64,000 bases of DNA, taken from NCBI RefSeq assembly GCF_044647545.1, contig NZ_CP172818.1; one strand, given 5' to 3'. The notes under the pieces were generated by a model. It did not search any database. It was not told where the DNA came from and was given only the letters and a program-made list of their open reading frames with translations. The DNA is from Escherichia coli. Its GTDB lineage: Bacteria; Pseudomonadota; Gammaproteobacteria; Enterobacterales; Enterobacteriaceae. The translations under genes and the position numbers were made by a program. This document shows, piece after piece, positions 52,952 to 64,000 of this stretch; the first letter of the stretch is position 1; each line of letters opens with the position of its first letter.

Positions 52952-54319
52952 ATGTTCGGCATAATTATATCTGTCATCGTATTAATTACGATGGGCTATT
53001 TGATCCTGAAAAACTACAAACCTCAGGTGGTGCTGGCTGCCGCAGGTATCTTCCTGATGATGTGCGGTGTCTGGTTAGGGTTCGGTGGTGTGCTCGATCC
53101 CGCCAAAAGCAGCGGCTACTTGATCGTCGATATTTATAATGAAATCCTGCGCATGCTGTCCAACCGCATTGCCGGATTGGGGCTGTCGATTATGGCAGTG
53201 GGCGGTTATGCCCGCTATATGGAGCGCATAGGGGCAAGTCGCGCGATGGTGAGCTTGTTAAGCCGCCCGTTAAAACTCATTCGCTCGCCGTATATTATTC
53301 TGTCGGCAACTTACGTCATCGGCCAAATCATGGCGCAGTTTATTACCAGCGCCTCCGGTCTGGGTATGTTGCTGATGGTCACCTTATTTCCGACGCTGGT
53401 GAGTCTGGGAGTAAGTCGTCTCTCTGCGGTGGCGGTTATCGCAACCACCATGTCCATTGAGTGGGGGATTCTGGAAACGAACTCCATTTTTGCTGCCCAG
53501 GTCGCAGGAATGAAAATTGCCACTTACTTCTTCCACTACCAGCTTCCGGTCGCCTCTTGCGTCATTATCTCGGTGGCGATCTCCCACTTTTTCGTGCAAC
53601 GCGCTTTCGACAAAAAAGATAAAAATATCAATCACGAACAGGCAGAGCAAAAAGCTCTCGATAATGTCCCACCGCTCTATTACGCCATTTTACCGGTGAT
53701 GCCGTTAATCCTGATGCTCGGCTCGCTGTTCCTTGCCCACGTCGGGCTGATGCAGTCAGAACTGCATCTGGTGGTGGTGATGTTACTGAGTTTGACGGTG
53801 ACGATGTTTGTTGAGTTCTTCCGCAAGCATAACTTGCGCGAAACAATGGACGATGTGCAGGCGTTTTTTGACGGCATGGGTACGCAGTTTGCCAACGTGG
53901 TAACGCTGGTGGTCGCGGGTGAAATATTTGCGAAAGGCTTAACGACGATTGGCACTGTCGATGCGGTTATCAGGGGGGCGGAGCATTCTGGTCTGGGCGG
54001 TATTGGCGTGATGATTATTATGGCGCTGGTCATTGCCATTTGTGCCATCGTGATGGGCTCAGGCAATGCGCCGTTTATGTCATTTGCCAGTCTTATTCCG
54101 AATATCGCAGCCGGACTACATGTACCAGCGGTTGTAATGATTATGCCGATGCATTTTGCCACGACGTTAGCGCGCGCTGTTTCGCCGATTACTGCGGTGG
54201 TGGTCGTTACGTCAGGAATTGCAGGCGTTTCGCCTTTTGCGGTAGTGAAGCGGACAGCGATCCCCATGGCAGTCGGTTTCGTGGTGAATATGATTGCCAC
54301 TATCACGCTATTTTATTAA
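52952..54319 (+). CDS. dcuD: Anaerobic C4-dicarboxylate transporter DcuC-family protein DcuD
   Basis: ORF track starts at a TTG (52934); start placed at ATG 52952 ([43 protein letters not shown]...) with GGAG 8 bp upstream; multi-TM, 455 aa. Confidence 0.85.
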   Translation: MFGIIISVIVLITMGYLILKNYKPQVVLAAAGIFLMMCGVWLGFGGVLDPAKSSGYLIVDIYNEILRMLSNRIAGLGLSIMAVGGYARYMERIGASRAMVSLLSRPLKLIRSPYIILSATYVIGQIMAQFITSASGLGMLLMVTLFPTLVSLGVSRLSAVAVIATTMSIEWGILETNSIFAAQVAGMKIATYFFHYQLPVASCVIISVAISHFFVQRAFDKKDKNINHEQAEQKALDNVPPLYYAILPVMPLILMLGSLFLAHVGLMQSELHLVVVMLLSLTVTMFVEFFRKHNLRETMDDVQAFFDGMGTQFANVVTLVVAGEIFAKGLTTIGTVDAVIRGAEHSGLGGIGVMIIMALVIAICAIVMGSGNAPFMSFASLIPNIAAGLHVPAVVMIMPMHFATTLARAVSPITAVVVVTSGIAGVSPFAVVKRTAIPMAVGFVVNMIATITLFY

Positions 54320-54362
54320 GCGATTAAAAAGACAAAACAGGCCGCCAGGGCCTGTTTTAGTA

Positions 54363-54860
54363 TTACTTCACAACGCGTAATGCTGGTCGACCACCACGTG
54401 GTGGCTGCGGTGGTTCATCGTCAGGATGAGTGTCATCATCGTGATCTGGCTTGTCGCCATCAATAACCGACATAACGGTTTCGTTGTCTGCCGATGCCTC
54501 TTCATCATTCATGATGCTGGCATCTTCATCGTAGGCAGCTTCAGGTTCAAACATCGTGCCTGCGCCATTTTCACGGGCGTAGATAGCCAGCACGGCAGCC
54601 AGCGGCACAGAAACCTGACGCGGAATGCCACCAAAGCGCGCGTTAAAGCGCACCTCATCATTCGCCAGTTCCAGATTGCCGACAGCTCGCGGCGCAATGT
54701 TGAGTACGATTTGCCCGTCACGCGCATATTCCATAGGAACCTGCACGCCAGGGAGCGTCACATCCACCACCAGGTGCGGCGTGAGCTGGTTATCCAGCAA
54801 CCACTCATAGAATGCACGCAGCAGATAGGGACGACGTGGTGTTAGCTGTGACAAATCCAT
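54363..54860 (-). CDS. sspB: ClpXP adaptor (stringent starvation protein B)
   Basis: 165-aa ORF MDLSQLTPRRPYLLRAFYEWLLDNQLTPHLVVDVTLPGVQVPMEYARDGQIVLNIAPRAVGNLELANDEVRFNARFGGIPRQVSVP... Confidence 0.9.
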   Translation of the reverse strand: MDLSQLTPRRPYLLRAFYEWLLDNQLTPHLVVDVTLPGVQVPMEYARDGQIVLNIAPRAVGNLELANDEVRFNARFGGIPRQVSVPLAAVLAIYARENGAGTMFEPEAAYDEDASIMNDEEASADNETVMSVIDGDKPDHDDDTHPDDEPPQPPRGGRPALRVVK

Positions 54861-54865
54861 ACAGA

Positions 54866-55504
54866 TTAACTCCGGCCCAGACGCATTTCACGTTCAGCTT
54901 CAGTTAAAGAAGCAAGGAAAGAGTCACGCTCAAAGACGCGGGTCATATAGCCTTTCAGCTCTTTCGCACCCGGGCCGCTGAACTCGATACCCAGTTGCGG
55001 CAGACGCCACAGCAGCGGAGCAAGGTAGCAATCGACCAGGCTGAATTCATCGCTCAGGAAGTACGGCTTCTGGCCGAAGACCGGCGCAATCGCCAGCAGT
55101 TCTTCGCGCAGTTGCTTACGTGCGGCATCTGCTTCAGAAGCTGAACCGTTGATGATGGTGTTCATCAGCGTGTACCAGTCTTTTTCGATGCGATGCATGT
55201 ACAGACGGCTTTCACCGCGAGCTACCGGGTAAACAGGCATCAGTGGCGGATGCGGGAAACGCTCATCCAGATATTCCATAATGATGCGAGATTCCCACAG
55301 GGTCAGCTCACGATCCACCAGGGTCGGAACGCTCTGATTCGGGTTGAGGTCAATCAGATCCTGAGGCGGATTGTCCTTTTCCACGTGTTCGATCTCGAAA
55401 CTTACACCTTTCTCAGCCAGCACAATGCGGACCTGATGGCTATAGATGTCAGTAGGACCGGAAAACAGCGTCATTACCGAACGTTTGTTGGCAGCGACAG
55501 CCAT
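54866..55504 (-). CDS. sspA: Stringent starvation protein A (GST-like RNAP-associated protein)
   Basis: 212-aa ORF MAVAANKRSVMTLFSGPTDIYSHQVRIVLAEKGVSFEIEHVEKDNPPQDLIDLNPNQSVPTLVDRELTLWESRIIMEYLDERFPHPPLMP... Confidence 0.95.
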   Translation of the reverse strand: MAVAANKRSVMTLFSGPTDIYSHQVRIVLAEKGVSFEIEHVEKDNPPQDLIDLNPNQSVPTLVDRELTLWESRIIMEYLDERFPHPPLMPVYPVARGESRLYMHRIEKDWYTLMNTIINGSASEADAARKQLREELLAIAPVFGQKPYFLSDEFSLVDCYLAPLLWRLPQLGIEFSGPGAKELKGYMTRVFERDSFLASLTEAEREMRLGRS

Positions 55505-55838
55505 GAAAACCTCCAGGTATAGTCAGAATTTTTACTGCTACCAGCCACCAGGTGGCCAGTCAGAAGTTGTGTTACCCAGTAAGGAACGACTCTCTTTGTT
55601 CGAAAATCAAACAAAAAATGAGCAATACCCGACATTTGGGCAGAAAATTGGATGATAGTTTACCAGATTTTGCGACCTTTGTGGTGAGTCGATGCCGGAA
55701 ATGGGGAAAAAGAGATGCGCTTTAGTCTGAAATAGTTGACTTAGTCCCTTATTGGCGATGTGGTTTTTGTTTTGCCTGTTGTCAGACGGCAGCAAAAAGC
55801 AACTTTCCATTTTTTACGCTGATTCAGAATTTAGCCAT

Positions 55839-55865
55839 AAAAAAACCCGCCGAAGCGGGTTTTTT
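55839..55865 (-). terminator. Rho-independent terminator downstream of rpsI (end of rplM-rpsI operon), symmetric A/T flanks
   Basis: aaaaaaa-cccgc-cgaa-gcggg-tttttt. Confidence 0.55.
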
Positions 55866-55897
55866 CGCAAATTGTTTTCTGCCGGAGCAGAAGCCAA

Positions 55898-56293
<396 letters not shown>

Positions 56294-56305
56294 CTATAAT
56301 CCCGA

Positions 56306-56821
<516 letters not shown>

Positions 56822-56952
56822 CTACCCCTTCGAATAGCCTATGCCAGCACACAAAAAGTTTTGGGAAAAAAACTTTCTTGTAACGTGGGGTCGCAGGATT
56901 ATAGAGAAGTCGGGGTCAAAGATCGACCCCTTTTTGTGATTTGTGGCAGGTT

Positions 56953-58080
56953 TTAACCCGCTAAATGCTCGCGCTTCAGATACTCTTCGCTTTGCATCTC
57001 TTGCAGACGTGACAGGCAACGCTGGAACTCAAATTTCAGCCGCTCGCCCTGATAAATGTCATATAGCGGCACTTCTGCACTCACCACTAATTTGACATGG
57101 CGCTCGTAAAACTCATCCACCAGCGCAATAAAGCGCCGCGCTTCGCTCTCCATCAACCGCGTCATAACTGGTACATCAAACAACATGACCGTGTGAAAGA
57201 GGCGTGAGAGCGCAATATAGTCATGCTGACTGCGGGCGTCGACGCACAGCGTAGTAAAAGAGACCGCCAGCGTCTGGTTCTCGACGCCCATTGTCGCCAA
57301 TGGCCGATGGTTGATTTCTAATGTCGGTGAATTTTCTCGTTTCGCCCCCGCCAGCGCCAACCATAGTTTATCCATTTGCGCCCGGGTTTCATCGTTGAGG
57401 GGCGAAAGCCACAGATGCGCCTGAGTGAGTGTACGCAGTCGATAATCAACACCAGCGTCCACGTTCATTACATCACAATGCTGTTTAATGGCATCGATTG
57501 CAGGCAAAAAACGCGCACGTTGTAGGCCATTTCGATAAAGTTCGTCCGGCGGAATATTTGACGTCGCTACCAGCGTTATTCCGCGAGCGAACAGGGCTTT
57601 CATCAGGCCGCCAAGTAGCATGGCGTCGGTAATATCAGAAACAAAAAATTCGTCAAAACAGAGCACGTCAGTTTCTGCTTTAAAGCGATCGGCAATAATT
57701 TCCAGCGGATCGGTCTGCCCCTGCAAAGCAGTTAGCTCTTCATGTACCCGCAGCATAAACCGGTGAAAGTGCAGACGCTGTTTCCGCTCTCCCGGCAGGC
57801 TTTGATAGAAAAGGTCCATCAGCCAGGTTTTCCCGCGTCCTACCCCGCCCCACATATATAAGCCACGCACTGGCGTATGCTTTGTGTCTTCGCGTTTACC
57901 CCACAGCTTACCGACCCGCGCCATTAGCCCACTCGTCCTGGGGGCTGGTGGCGTGCTATTGATGAGTTCCTGATAAATAATTTCCAGGCGGCTGACGGCC
58001 TCTTTTTGAACGTCGTCGGGTTGATGGCTGCCTTCATTGAGCGCCTTCAGGTATTGCGATGTTGGGGTAATGCTTTGCAT
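56953..58080 (-). CDS. zapE: Cell division ATPase ZapE (YhcM, AFG1-like)
   Basis: 375-aa ORF MQSITPTSQYLKALNEGSHQPDDVQKEAVSRLEIIYQELINSTPP... with Walker A GGVGRGKTW. Confidence 0.85.
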   Translation of the reverse strand: MQSITPTSQYLKALNEGSHQPDDVQKEAVSRLEIIYQELINSTPPAPRTSGLMARVGKLWGKREDTKHTPVRGLYMWGGVGRGKTWLMDLFYQSLPGERKQRLHFHRFMLRVHEELTALQGQTDPLEIIADRFKAETDVLCFDEFFVSDITDAMLLGGLMKALFARGITLVATSNIPPDELYRNGLQRARFLPAIDAIKQHCDVMNVDAGVDYRLRTLTQAHLWLSPLNDETRAQMDKLWLALAGAKRENSPTLEINHRPLATMGVENQTLAVSFTTLCVDARSQHDYIALSRLFHTVMLFDVPVMTRLMESEARRFIALVDEFYERHVKLVVSAEVPLYDIYQGERLKFEFQRCLSRLQEMQSEEYLKREHLAG

Positions 58081-58273
58081 GATCTTATTGTTATTCCTTG
58101 AATAATCGGTGCGCCGTTGTTCACGGTTGACGAAAAAAAGGCCGTTCTACACTACGCGATATGCAGTCGGGATTCCACTTCTGTGGAATTAACGGTTATA
58201 GTGGCATAATCAGCCGCAGGCATGGAGCCTGAAGCCAACACCCTACGGAAACAAAAGACAACGGGAGATGTTC

Positions 58274-58672
58274 ATGACCTGGGAATATGCGCTAATTGGG
58301 TTAGTCGTCGGCATCATTATTGGTGCTGTGGCCATGCGTTTTGGTAATCGTAAACTACGCCAGCAACAGGCGTTGCAGTACGAACTGGAAAAGAATAAAG
58401 CTGAACTGGACGAGTATCGCGAAGAGCTGGTTAGCCACTTTGCCCGCAGCGCGGAATTACTGGATACCATGGCGCACGACTATCGCCAGCTGTATCAACA
58501 CATGGCGAAAAGCTCCAGCAGCCTGCTGCCGGAACTGTCTGCTGAAGCAAACCCGTTCCGTAATCGTCTGGCAGAGTCTGAAGCCAGCAACGATCAGGCA
58601 CCGGTGCAAATGCCTCGCGACTATTCTGAAGGCGCATCCGGCCTGCTGCGTACTGGCGCGAAGCGCGACTAA
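58274..58672 (+). CDS. zapG: Z-ring associated inner membrane protein ZapG (YhcB)
   Basis: ORF ...MTWEYALIGLVVGIIIGAVAMRFGNRKLRQQQALQYELEKNKAELDEYREELVSHFARSAELLDTMAHDYRQLYQHMAKSS...; start placed at the second Met (132 aa). Confidence 0.8.
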   Translation: MTWEYALIGLVVGIIIGAVAMRFGNRKLRQQQALQYELEKNKAELDEYREELVSHFARSAELLDTMAHDYRQLYQHMAKSSSSLLPELSAEANPFRNRLAESEASNDQAPVQMPRDYSEGASGLLRTGAKRD

Positions 58673-58825
58673 TTTATTTTTCGGGCGCAGCCATTGCGCC
58701 CTCCTCTTCTCTCCCTCCCCGACTATCATTTAATCTGGTGTCTCATTGTTAGCCGTCTGAAAATTCAATAACATCAAACTGTTTTGAATCTCTTTTCTTA
58801 TCATTCAGGTACGAGAGCAGGAATA

Positions 58826-60193
58826 ATGAAAAAACAAACCCAGCTGTTGAGTGCATTAGCGTTAAGTGTCGGGTTAACTCTCTCGGCGTCATTTCAGGCC
58901 GTTGCGTCGATTCCAGGCCAAGTTGCCGATCAGGCCCCTCTCCCCAGTCTGGCCCCAATGCTGGAAAAAGTGCTTCCGGCAGTGGTGAGCGTACGGGTGG
59001 AAGGAACGGCCAGTCAGGGACAGAAAATCCCGGAAGAATTCAAAAAGTTTTTTGGTGATGATTTACCGGATCAACCTGCACAACCCTTCGAAGGTTTAGG
59101 CTCCGGTGTCATCATCAACGCCAGTAAAGGCTATGTGCTGACCAACAACCATGTGATTAATCAGGCACAGAAAATCAGTATTCAGCTCAATGATGGGCGC
59201 GAGTTTGATGCAAAACTGATTGGTAGCGATGACCAGAGCGATATCGCCCTGTTACAAATTCAAAACCCGAGCAAATTAACGCAAATCGCTATTGCCGACT
59301 CCGATAAATTGCGCGTCGGTGATTTTGCCGTGGCGGTCGGTAACCCATTTGGCCTTGGGCAAACCGCCACCTCTGGCATTGTTTCCGCATTAGGCCGCAG
59401 CGGGTTGAATCTTGAAGGTCTGGAAAACTTTATCCAGACAGATGCTTCCATTAACCGCGGTAACTCCGGCGGTGCACTGTTAAACCTTAACGGCGAGTTA
59501 ATTGGCATCAACACTGCAATCCTTGCGCCTGGCGGCGGGAGCGTCGGGATTGGATTTGCCATCCCCAGTAATATGGCGCGAACACTGGCGCAGCAGCTTA
59601 TCGACTTTGGTGAAATCAAACGCGGTTTGTTAGGCATCAAAGGCACCGAGATGAGTGCCGATATCGCCAAAGCCTTCAACCTTGACGTGCAGCGTGGCGC
59701 GTTTGTCAGCGAAGTGTTGCCAGGTTCTGGCTCGGCGAAAGCGGGCGTCAAAGCGGGCGATATTATTACCAGCCTCAACGGCAAACCGCTGAATAGCTTT
59801 GCTGAGTTGCGCTCTCGTATCGCGACCACCGAGCCGGGCACAAAAGTGAAACTTGGCCTGCTGCGTAACGGCAAACCACTGGAAGTAGAAGTGACGCTCG
59901 ATACCAGCACCTCTTCGTCGGCCAGCGCTGAAATGATCACGCCAGCGCTGGAAGGTGCAACGTTGAGCGATGGTCAGCTAAAAGATGGCGGCAAAGGTAT
60001 TAAGATCGATGAGGTTGTCAAAGGAAGCCCAGCTGCTCAGGCTGGCTTGCAAAAAGACGATGTGATCATTGGCGTCAACCGCGATCGGGTGAACTCGATT
60101 GCTGAAATGCGTAAAGTGCTGGCGGCAAAACCGGCCATCATCGCCCTGCAAATTGTACGCGGCAATGAAAGCATCTATCTGCTGATGCGTTAA
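58826..60193 (+). CDS. degQ: Periplasmic serine endoprotease DegQ (HtrA family)
   Basis: ORF ...MKKQTQLLSALALSVGLTLSASFQAVASIPGQVADQAPLPSLAPMLEKVLPAVVSVRVEGT...; GNSGGAL catalytic-serine motif, two PDZ domains; start moved to MKKQTQ (455 aa). Confidence 0.9.
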   Translation: MKKQTQLLSALALSVGLTLSASFQAVASIPGQVADQAPLPSLAPMLEKVLPAVVSVRVEGTASQGQKIPEEFKKFFGDDLPDQPAQPFEGLGSGVIINASKGYVLTNNHVINQAQKISIQLNDGREFDAKLIGSDDQSDIALLQIQNPSKLTQIAIADSDKLRVGDFAVAVGNPFGLGQTATSGIVSALGRSGLNLEGLENFIQTDASINRGNSGGALLNLNGELIGINTAILAPGGGSVGIGFAIPSNMARTLAQQLIDFGEIKRGLLGIKGTEMSADIAKAFNLDVQRGAFVSEVLPGSGSAKAGVKAGDIITSLNGKPLNSFAELRSRIATTEPGTKVKLGLLRNGKPLEVEVTLDTSTSSSASAEMITPALEGATLSDGQLKDGGKGIKIDEVVKGSPAAQAGLQKDDVIIGVNRDRVNSIAEMRKVLAAKPAIIALQIVRGNESIYLLMR

Positions 60194-60282
60194 TGTCGTA
60201 AACCGGGCATCAGGCTGACGTGTGATGTCCGGTTAACTCGTGGTATGCTGCTGCCGTTCCCTTTTTTAATGACGCCTCCATC

Positions 60283-61350
60283 ATGTTTGTGAAGCTCTTA
60301 CGTTCCGTTGCGATTGGATTAATTGTCGGCGCTATTCTGCTGGTTGCCATGCCTTCGCTGCGCAGCCTTAACCCGCTTTCCACTCCGCAATTTGACAGTA
60401 CCGATGAGACGCCTGCCAGCTATAATCTGGCGGTTCGCCGCGCCGCGCCAGCGGTGGTTAACGTTTACAACCGTGGTTTGAACACCAACTCTCACAACCA
60501 GCTTGAGATCCGCACCCTGGGATCCGGTGTAATCATGGATCAACGCGGTTATATCATCACCAATAAACACGTCATCAACGACGCCGATCAGATCATCGTC
60601 GCCTTACAGGATGGACGTGTATTTGAAGCATTGCTGGTGGGATCTGACTCTCTAACCGATCTGGCGGTACTTAAAATTAATGCCACTGGCGGTTTACCTA
60701 CCATTCCAATTAATGCACGTCGCGTACCGCACATTGGCGACGTGGTACTGGCGATCGGTAACCCGTACAACCTCGGGCAGACCATTACCCAGGGGATTAT
60801 TAGTGCCACGGGTCGAATCGGTCTGAACCCGACCGGGCGGCAAAACTTCCTGCAAACTGATGCTTCCATTAACCACGGTAACTCTGGCGGCGCGCTGGTG
60901 AACTCGCTGGGCGAACTGATGGGCATTAACACGCTGTCGTTTGATAAGAGTAACGATGGCGAAACGCCGGAAGGTATCGGCTTTGCGATTCCTTTCCAGT
61001 TAGCAACCAAAATTATGGATAAACTGATCCGCGATGGTCGCGTGATCCGCGGCTACATTGGTATCGGCGGACGTGAGATCGCACCACTGCACGCGCAGGG
61101 CGGTGGTATAGATCAACTGCAAGGGATCGTGGTTAATGAAGTGTCACCTGACGGCCCGGCGGCGAATGCGGGTATTCAGGTCAATGATTTGATTATTTCG
61201 GTGGATAACAAACCGGCCATCTCTGCTCTGGAGACGATGGATCAGGTGGCGGAAATTCGCCCTGGCTCGGTGATCCCGGTTGTAGTGATGCGTGATGATA
61301 AGCAGTTAACGCTGCAGGTCACCATTCAGGAATATCCGGCAACCAATTAA
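60283..61350 (+). CDS. degS: Sigma-E pathway site-1 serine protease DegS
   Basis: 355-aa ORF MFVKLLRSVAIGLIVGAILLVAMPSLRSLNPLSTPQFDSTDETPASYNLAVRRAAPAVVNVYNRG...; GNSGGAL motif, single PDZ domain. Confidence 0.9.
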   Translation: MFVKLLRSVAIGLIVGAILLVAMPSLRSLNPLSTPQFDSTDETPASYNLAVRRAAPAVVNVYNRGLNTNSHNQLEIRTLGSGVIMDQRGYIITNKHVINDADQIIVALQDGRVFEALLVGSDSLTDLAVLKINATGGLPTIPINARRVPHIGDVVLAIGNPYNLGQTITQGIISATGRIGLNPTGRQNFLQTDASINHGNSGGALVNSLGELMGINTLSFDKSNDGETPEGIGFAIPFQLATKIMDKLIRDGRVIRGYIGIGGREIAPLHAQGGGIDQLQGIVVNEVSPDGPAANAGIQVNDLIISVDNKPAISALETMDQVAEIRPGSVIPVVVMRDDKQLTLQVTIQEYPATN

Positions 61351-61365
61351 GTCGTGCGCTCAAAA

Positions 61366-61396
61366 CAAAAAACCGGAGTCTGTGCTCCGGTTTTTT
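61366..61396. terminator. Bidirectional rho-independent terminator between convergent degS and mdh
   Basis: aaaaaa-ccggag-tctgtg-ctccgg-tttttt. Confidence 0.55.
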
Positions 61397-61412
61397 ATTA
61401 TCCGCTAATCAA

Positions 61413-62426
<1,014 letters not shown>

Positions 62427-62723
62427 TTACAATGACCACATCTCAAGAATGTGTAGTCACGCAAGTTTAGCGTTTATGCATTTAATTGCCGTAATCAGGA
62501 ACCTAACTTACGTAATTAACAGTCGCTTATGCATTAGCGCAACATTCCAACAGGTGGTGACAATATACCCTACCGTTCAGCCAAAACAACATCAATTTGA
62601 TAACAATTAATTTACTTTTAAGCAGAATTTGCATGCCGTGACGCAGGCATGTTTCTCAATAACGAAATTTGATAAAATCCCGCTCTTTCATAACATTATT
62701 TCAGCCTTCTTCAGGGCTGACTG

Positions 62724-62765
62724 TTTGCATAAAAATTCATCTGTATGCACAATAATGTTGTATCA
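62724..62765 (+). promoter_or_regulatory. Candidate tandem ARG boxes (ArgR autoregulatory operator) in the argR promoter
   Basis: tttgcataaaaattcatc followed by tgtatgcacaataatgttgtat, 20-60 bp upstream of the argR ATG; resembles the TNTGAAT-W4-ATTCANW consensus. Confidence 0.35.
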
Positions 62766-62782
62766 ACCACCATATCGGGTGA

Positions 62783-63256
<474 letters not shown>

Positions 63257-63620
63257 TCTCTGCCCCGTCGCTTCTGGCGGCGGGGAAAATGTTGCTTATC
63301 CCTCTCAACCCCCTGCTTTCCCCTGCGATTGATTTAACGAATAGTGCGTTTTACTGCGACATGTCATTCACACAATGAATACATACGGTAAAAAAAGCAC
63401 ATTATGCAAAATTCATTATCTAATTGAAAATACTAGAATTAAAAATAAATAACCGTGTTTTTAATTCTTTTTTGTTATTAAAATTCACATTTTTAACACT
63501 TAGTATCAACTGAAACAGTTAGCGTGGTATTAATTAGTTCAATAATTAGTGTATACTTGATTTTGTGATATGGGTCACGAAACAAAGGCCCAGCTAAAAG
63601 ATTATGTCGAGGTAAAAATC

Positions 63621-63884
63621 ATGAAAATCAAAACCACTGTTGCTGCATTAAGCGTACTTTCTGTTCTCTCTTTCGGTGCATTCGCTGCCGACTCCATTGA
63701 TGCTGCACAAGCACAAAATCGTGAAGCAATCGGGACCGTATCCGTAAGTGGTGTGGCGTCTTCGCCAATGGATATGCGTGAAATGCTGAACAAAAAAGCA
63801 GAAGAGAAAGGCGCAACGGCCTACCAGATTACGGAAGCTCGTAGCGGTGACACCTGGCACGCTACGGCTGAACTGTACAAATAA
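63621..63884 (+). CDS. yhcN: YdgH/BhsA/McbA-like (DUF1471) periplasmic stress protein YhcN
   Basis: ORF ...MKIKTTVAALSVLSVLSFGAFAADSIDAAQAQNREAIGTVSVSGVASSPMDMREMLNKKAEEKGATAYQITEARSGDTWHATAELYK; start moved to MKIKT (87 aa), signal peptide. Confidence 0.8.
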   Translation: MKIKTTVAALSVLSVLSFGAFAADSIDAAQAQNREAIGTVSVSGVASSPMDMREMLNKKAEEKGATAYQITEARSGDTWHATAELYK

Positions 63885-63911
63885 ACCCTCATCGTCTTGT
63901 CCGACGATATT

Positions 63912-63937
63912 GCCCCCGGTTCGGGGGCTTTTTTTTT
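63912..63937. terminator. Rho-independent terminator after yhcN, likely shared with a convergent minus-strand gene
   Basis: gcccccg-gttc-gggggc followed by T9. Confidence 0.55.
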
Positions 63938-63940
63938 GCG

Positions 63941-64000
63941 CTAATGACGAACATTAAAACGCAAATGCCCTTCCAGCTCTTCCTCTGCCTCATCAAACAG
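63941..64000 (-). CDS. 3' end (last 19 codons) of a convergent minus-strand gene running off the window; position suggests yhcO
   Basis: Minus-strand frame reads ...LFDEAEEELEGHLRFNVRH then stop at 63941-63943; no full ORF visible, identity inferred from synteny only. Confidence 0.35.
   Translation of the reverse strand: MFDEAEEELEGHLRFNVRH

Noticed and set aside
53680-54306. 208-aa minus-strand ORF inside dcuD
   Set aside because: Antisense to a multi-TM transporter gene; low-complexity T/A/I-rich translation; shadow ORF

Overview
This window reads as a contiguous, syntenic stretch of an Escherichia coli-type chromosome running from the 5' part of infB to yhcN. It is densely packed with well-known housekeeping loci: the metY-rimP-nusA-infB operon, argG, secG-leuU, glmM/folP/ftsH/rlmE, greA, dacB, obgE, rpmA-rplU, ispB, murA, the mla operon, the kdsDC-lptCAB-rpoN-hpf-ptsN-rapZ-npr cluster, arcB with the ArcZ sRNA, gltBD, the nan sialic-acid operon, dcuD, sspAB, rpsI-rplM, zapE/zapG, degQ/degS, mdh and argR. 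I annotate about 60 CDS, 2 tRNAs, 1 sRNA and several terminators and operator sites. Gene identities are from my recognition of the translated ORFs, not from a database search, and several start codons were moved inward from the ORF-track start (the track appears to allow TTG/GTG starts). I found no CRISPR array, IS element, integrase or prophage signature, and I do not see a convincing multi-gene novel system. The features most worth a second look are all around yhcG: gltD abuts yhcG directly, so the gltF-yhcA-yhcD-yhcE-yhcF block I remember from K-12 is absent and the GltD C-terminus appears shortened; yhcG itself is an uncharacterised PD-(D/E)XK-type nuclease-like protein; and a 27-bp palindrome occurs three times in and just after yhcG with compensatory base changes in its arms. 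Everything else is consistent with established E. coli biology.
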